A stretch of DNA of 64,000 nucleotides from Macrostomum lignano. Taxonomy: Eukaryota. Numbering within the stretch: the first letter of the stretch is position 1; every line of letters begins with the position of its first letter. Positions 1 to 12,546 of the stretch are shown here, in pieces. Below the pieces are notes generated by a model that worked only from the letters and a program-made list of their open reading frames with translations, ran no database searches and was not told the DNA's origin. Made by a program: the position numbers and the translations under genes. Location: the NCBI GenBank assembly GCA_002269645.1, contig NIVC01000019.1:434001-498000 (forward strand). The letters run 5' to 3'.

Positions 1-86
1 TTGTAGGCGTCGCCGCATCTGGTCCTAAGGTGTTTTGTGTTTGGCGGTTGGCGGTTTAATAAAGCAGTCAGAGCGAGCCACAATGG

Positions 87-290
87 CTATTGATGCACTT
101 CTAAACACGCGCAGTCTCGAGGCCTGCGCAGCGCCTCAAGATTCTGTTTTTTTGTAACAGCGTGAATACCAAGGCCTCAAGAGGAATGCCAAGCTCTCGA
201 GAGGAATTCCAAGCTCTCGAGAGGGATGCCAAGCTCTCGAGAGGGATGCCAAGGTCTCGAGAGGGATGCCAAGGTCTCGAAAAAATGCCA

Positions 291-344
<54 letters not shown>

Positions 345-793
345 TGCCGAGGTCGAGAGAGGAATACCAAAGTCTCAAGAGGGATACCAAGGTCGAGAGA
401 GGAATGCCAAAGTCACGAGAGGGATGCCAGGGTCTGAATAATGATTTCGAGAGGGACGCTAAGGTTTCAAGAGGCGTTTGGAGTCTTTGAAGGTGTAAGG
501 ATCTTTTTAAGAAATCGTCTCAAGACGGGCGTGCTCAAGTCTTAAGATAGGTGCTAGTTTTCTTCAGAGTCTCAAAATGGTCTCAAAAAGCGTTTTGTCG
601 TTTTATCTTCGACTCGCCCCACCTCAGCCCGCTGCATGGTGCGCAATTCGTACTGTCGATGCTTCTCAATGTGACTGTCAAGCAAAGCTTTGAGTCGTTC
701 GCTCTCCATTCTATTCCGAGTCCTGACCAGCTCCATGGTGCGATAGAACGAATTGTGCACGTCCGTCTCGTTTCTTAGGCGATTTCTCTGCAT
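87..793 (-). CDS. Putative small two-exon coiled-coil-like protein (or the last two exons of a longer gene), head-to-head with SPG11
   Basis: Exon 793-623 reads MQRNRL...RTMQRAE and ends at donor GAG|GTGGGG. Acceptor AAACAG| opens exon 143-87 (NLEALRRPRDCACLEVHQ*), both phase 0. The intron holds a minisatellite, like the other genes here. No family recognised. Confidence 0.4.
160..470. repeat. ~20-bp minisatellite (TCGAGAGGGATGCCAAGGTC-like) with an embedded (GA)n tract
   Basis: Degenerate tandem units read directly; (GA)n at ~294-345. Confidence 0.9.
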
Positions 794-1204
794 GGCTGCT
801 GGACGTTGTTAAGAATTTTTAGCTATGTCGTTTTTAGCAAGCCTACAAGGTCTTGTCCTTATATCTGTAATAAGCCTGATCCCGGTTCTCAGCTGGTATG
901 TGAAATCATCAGAGTTAATTATTCATTGCTTTAGCTCTAGAGGTATGGTCTGATGACAATAAATTATTGAGTATATAACTCTTGAGTCCGATCTGGTGGT
1001 CTTTGAGCTGTGCTTACTCGTTGAAGCCTCTATCAAACCAGATTTTTCTCATTGCTGCAAGTTCCTAATTCGAGTTGGGCATTCATGATCGAAATACGAG
1101 TTTCTGGCCGCCTTCGTACTGTCGGATGCCAACAAATTGGACAAGTATAGTTTAGAAATATGTTTCAACGATGAAGATTAGCATGCTTTTTATATTAGAG
1201 GCAA

Positions 1205-1491
1205 GGGCTGCGTGCCCTTCTGCCGACTCCTCTGAGCAGGCACACAAGCGCGCGGATACGTACGCAGTCATACGCGCAGGCACACACACAGCAGTGTACA
1301 GTGGCCCTAACTTTATTTATCGTTAGGCATGTACACTTCATTGCTCCTTAGGGGTTGGCCCTCAAGGCTGTTAATTGCACGAGCAGAGCCAAGCCGAGAT
1401 TCCAATTTAGCCCCAAATTAATGTGACTGCACTTGGAATCGAGCCTGGGCCGCTTTCACACCAGAGCGCCGCGACAGATCACTGGGCTACG
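1205..1491 (-). mobile_element. tRNA-derived SINE family A, copy 1
   Basis: The minus strand starts CGTAGCCCAGTG...GGCTCGATTCCA (A/B-box-like). About 280 bp align by eye with 14019-14295 (+). Confidence 0.7.
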
Positions 1492-1994
1492 CCTCCGCCC
1501 TCCTCCCCAACATTAGCAGGTTACAGCCTGGATGAAATGAATAAAAGGAAAGGACTAAGACAGCTAGAAAATCTGTCTGCAAAAGTTCATAAAGTACTTT
1601 GGATTGGTAGTAAATTAATTGTGGAAGATTTAGACACGATAATTATAACTGCTTATTAACGCGTAACTTCCAGGAAAACTAATTTTCATTCTATTTAATT
1701 TATTATCCTACAGAGTTGTTATAATAAGTATTTATCCAGAAACTACTCGTATTTAGAGCAAAGTTCAAAGGGCAATTACAATATCCTATGAAACATGTTT
1801 TTCTACTATCAAAAGTACATATTGGTTTAGACGCTTTCTTTTTTTCTGTGGGGTTTTATCATTTTATCTGTTTCCGTAGTAGACAGATAGTAGTCTGCAA
1901 GTTGTGTTGCTATGGCAATCATTATTCGTCTAGAGAGGAATAAAAAAATTTTCAACATCAACAGTCCGCAGCAACGGCCGAAACAGCGTGCTAT

Positions 1995-4900
1995 GTGCAC
2001 TGCTCCCTGCGCCAGCCCGGACAGCCGGACTTGACCAGCCGGCCGGAGCCGCTGAGCGCTACCGATAGCGCCAGTTGCCAGGTGCAGAGCGGCGGCGTCG
2101 ACGGCGAGTCGCGCTGGCTGCTCACCCTGACCGGCTTGCCTCGGCGCCGGGTTCCGTCGGTCAAAGCGTGTCGTCGAGCGTCTCGACGTTGCGACAGCGT
2201 CATCGTCAGCGGCTTCACTCGACCGCGGCGTCCCGAGGCCGATGACAATGACGACGGCTTATCCGTCGATGATGAGGTCGGCTCAGAGGACGGTTCGACA
2301 ATCGCAGTGAGCCTCGCTGCGGTTGCTAAGTCGCTGGGCCTGCCAGACTCGGCTGCCGAAGACGTCGCCGCCAATAAACCGACAGTCTTCGTCACGAACG
2401 TCTGGGCCTACGCTGTGCTGCGCCTTCGCCAGCCAAGCCAGCGCCTCCTGCTGATTGGCCTTCGTCGGGATCGGCGTTGTCGAGTTCTTGTCAACGGCAA
2501 GCGTCGATCGCAGTGTTCGGTGCTCTACTACGACTGGGCTGGCGGGCAGGACGACAACGATGAATTCCAGCCGCCACGGCTCACCTTCAGCGAGAACTGG
2601 CCGCCGCTTGTGGACTACCCGGCCGGCGAATCCGCCCTGCTGCTGGCCGAGCCGCCGGACAGCCTGATCCGGCAGCTTATGCTCGGCGACGCCGTGGCAA
2701 CAGCCGATCGGCTCTGCGCTTTGAACGGCTGGAGCAGCCGCGGCTGCCTGGTGCCGCTGGTCAGCCTGGAGGCGGCGCTCCGCCAGCGTCAGCTGGACAC
2801 CGTGGCATTCTTTCTTAACAGCCACGAGCAGGCGCCGTTGGCCAGCCTCCGACCGGCCCTGGACCTCATGCTGAGCTACCTGGCCAGCCTGGCCGACAGT
2901 CCGGCCGGCAGGCAGTACGCTGACCAGCTGGCCGCCAGGATCAACAGGTTCCTCTGTCGCCAGCTCCTGCTCGCTGACCAAGCCGACAGTAGCCAAGCCG
3001 AGCTGTCGCTCTACCTCAGCCGAGTTCGACGCTACTGCCATCGCCCGGTGCCGCAGCCGCCGCCAACGCCGCTGTTGAAGGCGTCGTCAGCGTCGTTGAT
3101 ATCGTCGTCGGCTTCGGTCGGTGACGCTCCGTCAGCGTCGACTTCGGCCGCTGCCGCCGCTGCCTCCGCTGCCTCCGCCTGGTCGCAGCTGGCCGATACG
3201 GACGTCCTTGTTGACGCCTGTCTGTCGAACTGCGTCACCAGGGCGCTGGAGTACTTCTCGAATAGCTCGGCCTCGCGTAGCTGCACAGCCGCCCACTGTC
3301 TAACCGTGTGCAGGTCGCGAGTTCGATACCTGGTCGGCCGGCGCCAGCTAGTGGAAGCGCGCGCCCTACTTGATGCCAGTGGCGCCGACACCGAGCAAGA
3401 GCTGCGCGACCTCCTGCTGGACTGCGCCGATGCCGGCCTGAGGAGCTGGCTGTACCTGCAGCTGGCTGCCGACCTACCCGCCGAAGTTCAGGTGCGTCCC
3501 TTCTTGAGTCTAAGTTTCACTGGGTGCCAAGCATATGTCTCACCTGTTTTCCCAGCCCTATTCCTCACCTGTCACCCCAGGCCTATGCCTCACCTGTCAC
3601 CCCAGGCCTATGCCTCACCTGTCATTCCAGCTCTATGCCTCACCTGTCAGTCCAGGCCTATGCCTCACCTGTTCTCCCAGCCCTATGCCTCACCTGTCAC
3701 CCCAGGCCTATGCCTCACCTGTCACCCCAGGCCTATGCCTCACCTGTCACCCCAGGCCTATGCCTCACCTGTCAGTCCAGCCCTATGCCTCACCTGTCAG
3801 TCCAGCCCTATGCCTCACCTGTCAGTCCAGCTATATGCCTCACCTGTCAGTCCAGCTATATGCCTCACCTGTCAGTCCAGCCCTATGCCTCACCTGTCAG
3901 TCCAGGCCTATGCCTCACCTGTCAGTCCAGGCCTATGCCTCACCTGTTCTCCCAGCCCTATGCCTCACCTGTCACCCCAGGCCTATGCCTCACCTGTCAG
4001 TCCAGCCCTATGCCTCACCTGTCAGTCCAGTCATATGCCTCACCTGTCAGTCCAGGCCTATGCCTCACCTTTCAGTCCAGGCCTATGGCTCACCTGTCAC
4101 TCCAGCCCTATGCCTCACCTGTCACTCCAGGCCTATGCCTCACCTGTTCTCCCAGCCCTATGCCTCACCGGTCACTCCAGGTCTATGCCTCACCTGTCAG
4201 TCCAGCCCTATGCCTCACCTGTCAGTCCAGCCCTATGCCTCACCAGTCACTCCAGGCCTATGCCTCACCTGTCAGTCCAGGCCTATGCCTCACCTGTCAG
4301 TCCAGGCCTATGGCTCACCTGTCACTCCAGGCCTATGCCTCACCTGTCACCCCAGGCCTATGCCTCACCTGTCACCCCAGGCCTATGCCTCACCTGTCAC
4401 CCCAGGCCTATGCCTCACCTGTCACTCCAGCCCTATGCCTCACCTGTCTCTCCAGCCCTATGCCTCACCTGTCTCTCCAGCCCTATGCCTCACCTCTCAG
4501 TCCAGGCCTATGCCTCACCTGTCAGTCCAGCCCTGTGCCTCACCTGTCAGTCCAAGCCTATGCCTCACCTGTTCTCCCAGCCCTATGCCTCACCGGTCAC
4601 TCCAGGCCTATGCCTCACCTGTTCTCCCAGCCCTATGCCTCACCTGTTCTCCCAGCCCTATGCCTCACCAGTCACTCCAGGCCTATGCCTCACCTGTTCT
4701 CCCAGCCCTATGCCTCACCGGTCACTCCAGGCCTATGCCTCACCTGTTCTCCCAGCCCTATGCCTCACCGGTCACTCCAGGCCTATGTCTCGCCTGGCAC
4801 CCCAGGCCTGTGTCACCTGTACATGCATTTTTTGTTCGACCAATCTTCGAACCAATCTCAAACGACACAGCTACTATCAATATAAATTGTTGATTCACCC

Positions 4901-7900
4901 AAAGGCGGCCATGTCCAGCATGGAGCGTCTCTCCTCCGCCTACAACACCGACGAGGCCCGGGCCGAGCTTCGGGCGGCGCTGCTGGCCGGCGAACCCGAG
5001 GCTGCCGCCTCCGAATCGGCGTCGCCGCTGACTCTCCGTCGAATGCTCAGCCTGGCCGAGTCTCGAGTCCAGGAGCTCCTGCTGCGCCGATCGCTGGCAG
5101 TCCAGTCGCTAACAGACGTCCTTGATCGATTCCCAGCCCAGGCGGTCTGGCGCCACCTGCTGGCTGCTGGCAACTATCGGCTGCTGTCCGAGGCGTTGGA
5201 CGCCGCCCGGCCAAGCTCGGACGATCTGGACGGCCTCCACAGCCTGCCAGAGTGGCTGTCCGAGCCGCTGCTGTGCCGGGCGGCCAAGTCCGGCAGGTTC
5301 AGCGCCAAGGAGGCGTCCAGCAGGCGTCTTTGGCTGCGACGCTGCGCCCTAGCCGGTTGCTTAGCAACGGAAGCGGAACCGCTTCGAGCTCTGCTTGGCG
5401 AGGCGCTTGAAGCTGGTCACGTGACTGCAGCCTCGTACGCGCTGGACATGCTGGAGGAGATGGGAGCTGGCGAGATTAGCGGTGAGCTCCCCTGGTGCCT
5501 TTGGCTGGCGCTGTACACCCTGTGTGAGCGTGTGTGTGAGTTCGTGCCTGCGTACAGCGCGCTTGTATTCTGCTCAGGAGTCAGCGGAATGAGCAGACTT
5601 TTGCCTCACCGCTGGTCGTATGACGATTCTGACGATACAGCGACTCTAGCACGCCTCAAATACGACCTTACGGCCCCAGAGTCGTTTCACAGTCGCAGGC
5701 AGTAAAACGCAACGCTTCAAAGTGATTCTTGAGCGACTCTTTGACGACTTTTTTAGCGACTCGTACCGTGACATCTCGTCGTTTTAGAGTCGTTTTAGAG
5801 TCACTTCTTTCCAATTTTACCTGTGTCATCTGCAACGACTCGACTGTTTCGTCAGGGGTGTCTACAGCCCACATTCCAGCAGCTTCTCCAGTCCCATTCA
5901 TTGGCAAGCATCCTATTGACTGATTTTTTCCCAGCCGACTCATCCTCAAGTCGCCAATCCTCGCTGCTCAGTCGGCTACGGGATCTGCGATCGAAGCGGC
6001 TCGACGCCAACGAAGACCAGGACCCGGAGTCCGACTGGCCGGCCCCGGAGCCGCTCCGCGAGGACCCGTCCGGCGTCAGCCTGGACTCCCTGCTGCCCGC
6101 CTGTCTGGCCCCAGTTGAAGCCGACAAGTCGGCTGGCGGCGACGCGGAGCCGCCGGAAATCGGCCGGCTGCCGCACCGCTACTACCTGGCCAACCTGCGG
6201 CCGGTCAGCGCGTACGCCGTTTACCTGGCCGAGTTTTTCTCCGCCGCTTCGCCCGCCGCCTCGGCCACGGCGTCGCCGCTGCCTTTGAATCGGCGGTCCA
6301 TCCGGGCGGCCGTCACCAGCGTCTCGGCCGAGGCCGCTGCCGTCGCCGGAGCCTCAAATTCGGCGATTGACGCCGTGACCTCGGCGCTGGTGTTCGGCCA
6401 TCTGTGCGGCGTCAGCGACATTCAGTGCAAACTGCGGGCTAGCGACATTGTGCTGGCCAAGTCCGGTGAGTGACTGACTGGCTGGCGCTAAAGACATCTA
6501 GGACACAAAGACATCTAGGACACAAAGACATCTAGGACACAAAGACATCTAGGACACAAAGACATCTAGGACACAAAGACATCTAGGACACAAAGACATC
6601 TAGGACACAAAGACATCTAGGACACAAAGACATCTAGGACACAAAGACATCTAGGACACAAAGACATCTAGGACACAAAGACATCTAGGACACAAAGACA
6701 TCTAGGACACAAAGACATCTAGGACACAAAGACATCTAGGACACAAAGACATCTAGGACACAAAGACATCTAGGACACAAAGACATCTAGGACACAAAGA
6801 CATCTAGGACACAAATACATCTAGGACACAAAGACATCAAGGGCTCAAAGACATCTAGGACACAAAGACATCAAGGGCTCAAAGACATCTAGGACACAAA
6901 GACATCAAGAGCTCAAAGACATCTAGGACACAAAGACATCTAGGACTCAAAGACATCAAGGGCTCAAAGACATATAGGACACAAAGACATCTAGGACACA
7001 AAGACATCAAGGGCTCAAAGACATCTAGGACACAAAGACATCTAGGACACAAATACATCTAGGACACAAAGACATCAAGGGCTCAAAGACATCAAGGACA
7101 ACTAGACACTAATACATTAGGATTATAATACGAGCTAAATTGAAGCGCCAGGACAACTAGGCACTGAAACATCTGTGGCACACTGGGATCTCTAAGTCCA
7201 GCTTGCTATTCCCATCCCCAACGCCCGCCGTGCCCCACAGTGTCAGACGCAGCCGCAGCCGAGGACCCGCCAGCAGACCTCGGCCAGCTGGTCATGCAGT
7301 GGCGCTGCCGGGCCCTGGCCGCTCATCTCACTGGCCGGCCACTCCCGGCCGAGCCGCTGATCCAACTGGCCGCCAACGACGACTGGGCCGGCTTTCTGGC
7401 CGCCGGCCAGCTGCTGGGCTACGGCAAGCCGCGCCTGCTGAGCCTGCTGAATCAGTTCGCTAGCCGGCCCGTTGCCGACCATCTGGCTCACGTGATCGAA
7501 ATGGCCTCCTCAACTGCACCCGAGACGGTGAGCAAGTCTCTCTCTTTGGCAATCCCTAGCTAATAATTCATTTTCGATCCCTGTTCTCGAACTCCCCACA
7601 CAGACTCGACCGGCGGAGCCGAGGCAGCGGCTCTACGACCAGCTTGGCCTCACTGCCAGGCCCCGGTCGCAGCCGCCTCCGCAGCAGCAGCAGCAGCAGC
7701 AGTCTTCGTCAACCGCTGCAACAGTGTCCGCTCAGCAGCGCCGTCCGCCTAAGCACCGACGTCGAGGCCGTTCGTCTTCGCGCAATGTCGCATCCACCTT
7801 GACGACGACGGAGAGCGAAAGCAGCGCCGACACCGCTGCCGCTGTACCACCTTCGCGGACGCCACCTCCGCCCAACTCCGATGCTGACGAGGCCTCCACC

Positions 7901-10900
7901 GCGCCAGACGAATCCGAGATTGTCGGCGGTCGGGCGACGGCACCGGAAGCGCCGCCTCGACCACCGGGCGACTCCGACGTGGACGGCGGCCTGCTGGCAG
8001 TTGTCGGGGCCGACTCGAGTCGAAGGCACCTCGGCTTGTACGCCAGGCAGCTCGGCCATCCGCTGCTCAGCCTGCTGTCCGAGCGACCGGCCCTGTCCGA
8101 CTATCTGGCCAGCCTCGCCCAGCTGCCGCCCCCAACCGTCTGCGGCGACTCCAACACAGGCGTCGATGCGCTATTATCGACGCCTGACGCTCTGATTGCC
8201 GAGTGTCGATCGGCTGGCCGGCTGGACGCCCTCGCCGACGCCTGCGCCGTTTTTCTGCCGCAGCGCCGCGGCCTGTCCGAGCTGGCCGCCGCCTGCCACG
8301 GCATATCGACGTCGGTCGGCGCGGAAGCTCCGGCCGTCAATGAGCGCCTGCTAGAATCGCTGCGAGCCTATCGAGACGACTGTCCGCTGACCGGCGCTCT
8401 GCTGCGGCTCTGGGACGAGTTGAATGCCGAGAGTCGGACTTCGGCGACGGCGACTGATGCGGACGATAGCGGCAAAGGCGAAGAAGTAATCGGCCAGTTC
8501 AAGCTGTCAGCCAGGTGGACGTCGCTGGTTGGCCGGCTGAAGGCGGAGGAGGCCGCGTCGAACGACGATGCTGACAAAAATCTGACTGGAGAAGGGCAGC
8601 AGCTGGGGGGCCCGGCTGCGGCGACGGCTGCACCAGACGGTATTGGCGAACTGGCTGCTTTCGCGAAAGTTTCTGTTGGGCTTTCCTCTCAGATCCTCAG
8701 TTGCTGGGCCAGCCTCCCAGATCCTCAGTTGCTGGGTCACAGCCTCCCAGATCCTCAGTTGCTGGGTCACAGCCTCCCAGATCCTCAGTTGCTAAGCCAG
8801 CCTCCCAGATCCTCAGTTGCTGGGCCAGCCTCCCAGATCCTCAGTTGCTGGGTCACAGCCTCCCAGATCCTCAGTTGCTAAGCCAGCCTCCCAGATCCCC
8901 AGTTGCTAAGCCAGCCTCCGAGATCCCCAGTTGCTAAGCCAGCCTCCCAGATCCCCAGTTGCTAAGCCTGCCTCCCAGATCCTCAGTTGCTAAGCCAGCC
9001 TCTCAGATCCCCAGTTACTGGGCCAGCCTCTCAGATCCCCAGTTGCTAAGCCAGCATCCCAGAGTGTCAGTTGCTTGGCCGCCACCACCCTATCAGATCC
9101 CCAGTTGCTGGGCCACCACCACCCTATCAGATCCCCAGTTGCTGGGCCACCACCACCCTATCAGATCCCCAGTTGCTGGGCCACCACCACCCTATCAGAT
9201 CCCCAGTTGCTGGGCCACCACCACCCTATCAGATCCCCAGTTCTCAGTTTGCAGTTGCTGGCCTTCTAATCTGCACTCGACTTAGTTATAAATCTATTCG
9301 ACAACTGAGTCCCATACCCACTCCGAGTCGGTGGCTCACCTCGCTGCCATCACATCGTCATGTCTCCAGCAGGCGCCTCCGGGCTGGTCAGCAGCCGGCA
9401 GCGCCGCTCCGTGGTCACCTTGGCTTCGCCTCAGCCCGTCACTTCCCCGTCACCGGGCGGCGTCGGCGGCAGCCTGGAATCGGAGGTGACGGAGCTCATC
9501 GATCGGCACGCCGCCGCGGCCAGCTTCCAACAGTTGGCGTCGGTGATGAGCAGCGCTCGGGAGCTCACAGACCGGCTGGAAGCCGCCGGCCAGTTCGCCG
9601 AGATGGTCCGGCTGGCGCGGGGCATCGGGCGCTACGGAGAGATGGCCTACGTGTTCCACAAGCTGCGCTCGGCTGGCCACTTCGAGCCCGAGCTGCTCTG
9701 CGGCCGGGGCGGCGGCGTGGGCGGCCGCGACCACCGGCTGCAGCGGGCGCTGCTGGAGTTCCTTCGTCGGCACTGTCCGGAGGATCGCGACTCGCTGATT
9801 GCCGTCTACCTGTACTACTGCATGGATAGGGAGCTGGGCAACCTGCTGTTCAGGTATGGGGAATTTCTCATCTGAGCTGTGGAATCCCTACCTGAGGTAG
9901 GAGGAATTTCCCATTTAATTAAAGGAATTTCTCTTCTACGTCAGAAGGGAGTCTGCATCTAAATTGGGGAGAATTTCTCAACTGAAGTAGGACGAATTTT
10001 TTCACTGAATTAGGGGAAATTTCTCATGTGAAGTAGGGGGAATTTCTCATGTGAAGTAGGGGGAATTTCTCATGTGAAGTAGGGGGAATTTCTCGTCTGA
10101 AGTAGGGGGAATTTCTCATCTAAAATAGGGAGAATTTCTCGTCTGAAGTAGGGGGAATTTCTCACCTAAATTAGGGGGAATTTTTCGTCTGAAGTAGGGG
10201 GAGTTTCTTGTCTGAAGTAGGGGGAATTTCTTGTCTGAAGTAGGGGGAATTTCTCTCCTAGGAAAAGTTTTCGTAAAAAGCAGAGGCAAATTTATCTTCT
10301 AATTGGAAATTCTTATCTACAGAAGTGGGGAATTCCTCTTCTTGATACTGGAGTAATTCTTGCACCTGGTTTGCACGTTAAGGTTGGTAGGGAGAATTTC
10401 TCACCTGGGTATGTTTTGATAAGAAAAAAAAAGTTGGTAATTCAAGTTCTTGTACTTCTTTTGAGCCGTTGAGAAGTGCGTTACTTCGTGAACTGTCCCG
10501 AGATAAAGTACATATTTGCCCCCCCCCAGGGACGCGCAGTACCTGGACGCCGCCCAGGCCTACATCCGGGCCGACTGTCCCCGCCTCGCCTGGCGCAGCT
10601 TCCGCCTCGCCCAGCTGGCCGCCCTGCCCGCCGGACTGCGCGGCGCCGCGGACCCCCGACGCGCCCTGGCCGGCCATCCGAATGTCTACGAGGCCGCCGT
10701 TCTGGCGCACGCCGAGGTTGTCCGGCCGGCCGGCCGCGACTGGGCCGCCGCTGTCTATGGTCACGTGATCGGCGCCACAGCCACTGCCGCTGGCGCCGCT
10801 GCCTATCAGGTGAGGCTTTGGATGGGGGTTGCGTTGAAGCTGGGACACCGCCAGCCTCCCAGATGCTCAGTTGCTGGGCCAGCCTCCCAGATCCTCAGTT

Positions 10901-11537
10901 GCTGGGTCACAGCCTCCCAGATCCTCAGTTGCTGGGCCACAGCCTCCCAGATCCTCAGTTGCTGGGCCAGCCTCCCAGATGCTCAGTTGCTGGGCCACAG
11001 CCTCCCAGATCCTCAGTTGCTGGGTCACAGCCTCCCAGATCCTCAGTTACTGGGCCACAGCCTCCCAGATGCTCAGTTGCTGGGCCAGCCTCCCAAATCC
11101 TCAGTTGCTGGGCCAGCCTCCCAGATGCTCAGTTGCTGGGCCACAGCCTCCCAGATCCTCAGTTGCTGGGTCACAGCCTCCCAGATCCTCAGTTGCTGGG
11201 CCAGCCTCCCAGATCCTCAGTTGCTGGGCCACAGCCTCCCAGATGCTCAGTTGCTGAGTCACAGCCTCCCAGATCCCCAAGTCCCAGGGCTATTATTCAA
11301 AAACGCTTTGACAGATTCGAACCCCGTACCAAATCAGCAGTGCATTCCCACCGCCCCCTCCCCATCCCCACCCTCCAGTCCGGCTTCATGGCGCACGTGC
11401 TGCCCACCTGCGACACCTGGACTGGCGGCTGGCGGGATTTCGAGGACCGGCTGCGGGCGTCCTGCCGCAGCTCGGAGGAGAAGCGGGCGGCCGAGGCCTT
11501 CCTGGCGGCCTGCCAGCGGTCGATGCCGGCGGCCTGA
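1995..11537 (+). CDS. SPG11: Spatacsin (SPG11 orthologue), 8 coding exons, ~1617 codons; 5' start unresolved
   Basis: Exons 1995-3491, 4905-5481, 5935-6465, 7241-7527, 7604-8639, 9370-9853, 10530-10809 and 11379-11537 have GT-AG junctions with consistent phases (sum 4851 nt). C-terminal motifs [13 protein letters not shown]...[19 protein letters not shown] and LDAAQAY.R.DC.R.A match the spatacsin C-terminal domain. Confidence 0.85.
3525..4810. repeat. 25-bp minisatellite (CCTATGCCTCACCTGTCACCCCAGG), ~50 copies, SPG11 intron 1
   Basis: Tandem units read directly; source of ORFs 3524-4885 and 3535-4893. Confidence 0.95.
6490..7095. repeat. 17-bp minisatellite (AAAGACATCTAGGACAC), SPG11 intron 3
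   Basis: Period of 17 measured between 6491 and 6508. Confidence 0.95.
8685..9245. repeat. 27-34-bp minisatellite with a CAGATCC(T/C)CAGTTGCT core, SPG11 intron 5
   Basis: Tandem units drift from CAGCCTCCCAGATCCTCAGTTGCTGGGTCA to a CCACCACCACCCTATCAGATCCCCAGTTGCTGGG variant. Confidence 0.9.
9880..10330. repeat. Degenerate 23-bp minisatellite (AAGTAGGGGGAATTTCTCATGTG), SPG11 intron 6
   Basis: Period of 23 at 10021/10044. Confidence 0.85.
10850..11280. repeat. 30-bp minisatellite, same family as 8685-9245, SPG11 intron 7
   Basis: CAGCCTCCCAGATCCTCAGTTGCTGGG units are identical to those in intron 5. Confidence 0.9.
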
Positions 11538-11954
11538 GCAGAGCAACAATAAACTGTGCCAATCCAGAGCAACTCTGTCGATGTACTTTTTAAAATCGAG
11601 ATGAGAACTGATTGCCAACTAATTGCAGTATTTTGCGTCATTAGTCTTTCGATTTTCACGATTAATATAGTAAGTGTTTCTATAGTTTAGTAACATATTG
11701 CAGTGCGGTGTCAGACAATACATCCAGTTTTGTGAATTTCAATTTCATTAAATATATATATCTTAACTTATTATCAGTTTTCTCTAGCTGCCTACTTTAA
11801 GCAATATGATGCGATTTTCGCAGTAAAATCTTATGAAAAATTGTAAAACATTTTAAAAAGTATTGGTGCTTCAGGTTTATTTTACTACAAGTTTTCATGT
11901 TAATAGGACTTTAAGCTACTATTTAAGATTAGTTGCTAGCCTGCGTCTGCGATG

Positions 11955-12445
11955 GGAGTCAGCAACCTACAGTATGGAGTCAGCAACCTATAGTATGGAG
12001 TCAGCAACCTATAGTATGGAGTCAGCAACCTACAGTATGGAGTCAGCAACCTACAGCATGGGTCAGAAACCTACAGTATGGAGTCAGCAACCTATAGTAT
12101 GGAGTCAGCAACCTACAGTATGGAGTCAGCAACCTACAGTATGGAGTCAGCAACCTACAGCATGGGTCAGAAACCTATAGTATGGAGTCAGCAACCTACA
12201 GCATGGGTCAGCAACCTATAGTATGGAGTCAGCAACCTATAGTATGGAGTCAGCAACCTACAGTATGGAGTCAGCAACCTACAGTATGGAGTCAGCAACC
12301 TACAGCATGGGTCAGAAACCTACAGTATGTGTCATGGCTCCCTGACATACCATGGCTCCCTGACATACCATGGCTCCCTGACATACCATGGCTCCCTGAC
12401 ATACCATGGCTCCCTGGCATACCATGGCTCCCTGACATACCATGC
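11955..12445. repeat. Adjacent 21-bp (TATGGAGTCAGCAACCTACAG) and 18-bp (CATGGCTCCCTGACATAC) minisatellites
   Basis: Tandem units read directly. Confidence 0.9.
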
Positions 12446-12546
12446 CTCTTTAACACCCCAGAATTTCATCTTTAACAGACATCAACTGACCCAATTGCTC
12501 TGGGTTTTTTATTCGTCTCATTTTAGCCAGTCAACATTCCTCAGAG

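Noticed and set aside
5578-5705. Possible extra SPG11 exon after TGCTCAG
   Set aside because: No good donor preserves phase before the stop at 5703; the direct 5481 to 5935 splice is in phase
8507-9829. Overlapping ORFs through SPG11 intron 5 and alternate frames of GC-rich exons
   Set aside because: Explained by the minisatellite and by stop-poor shadow frames of the real exons
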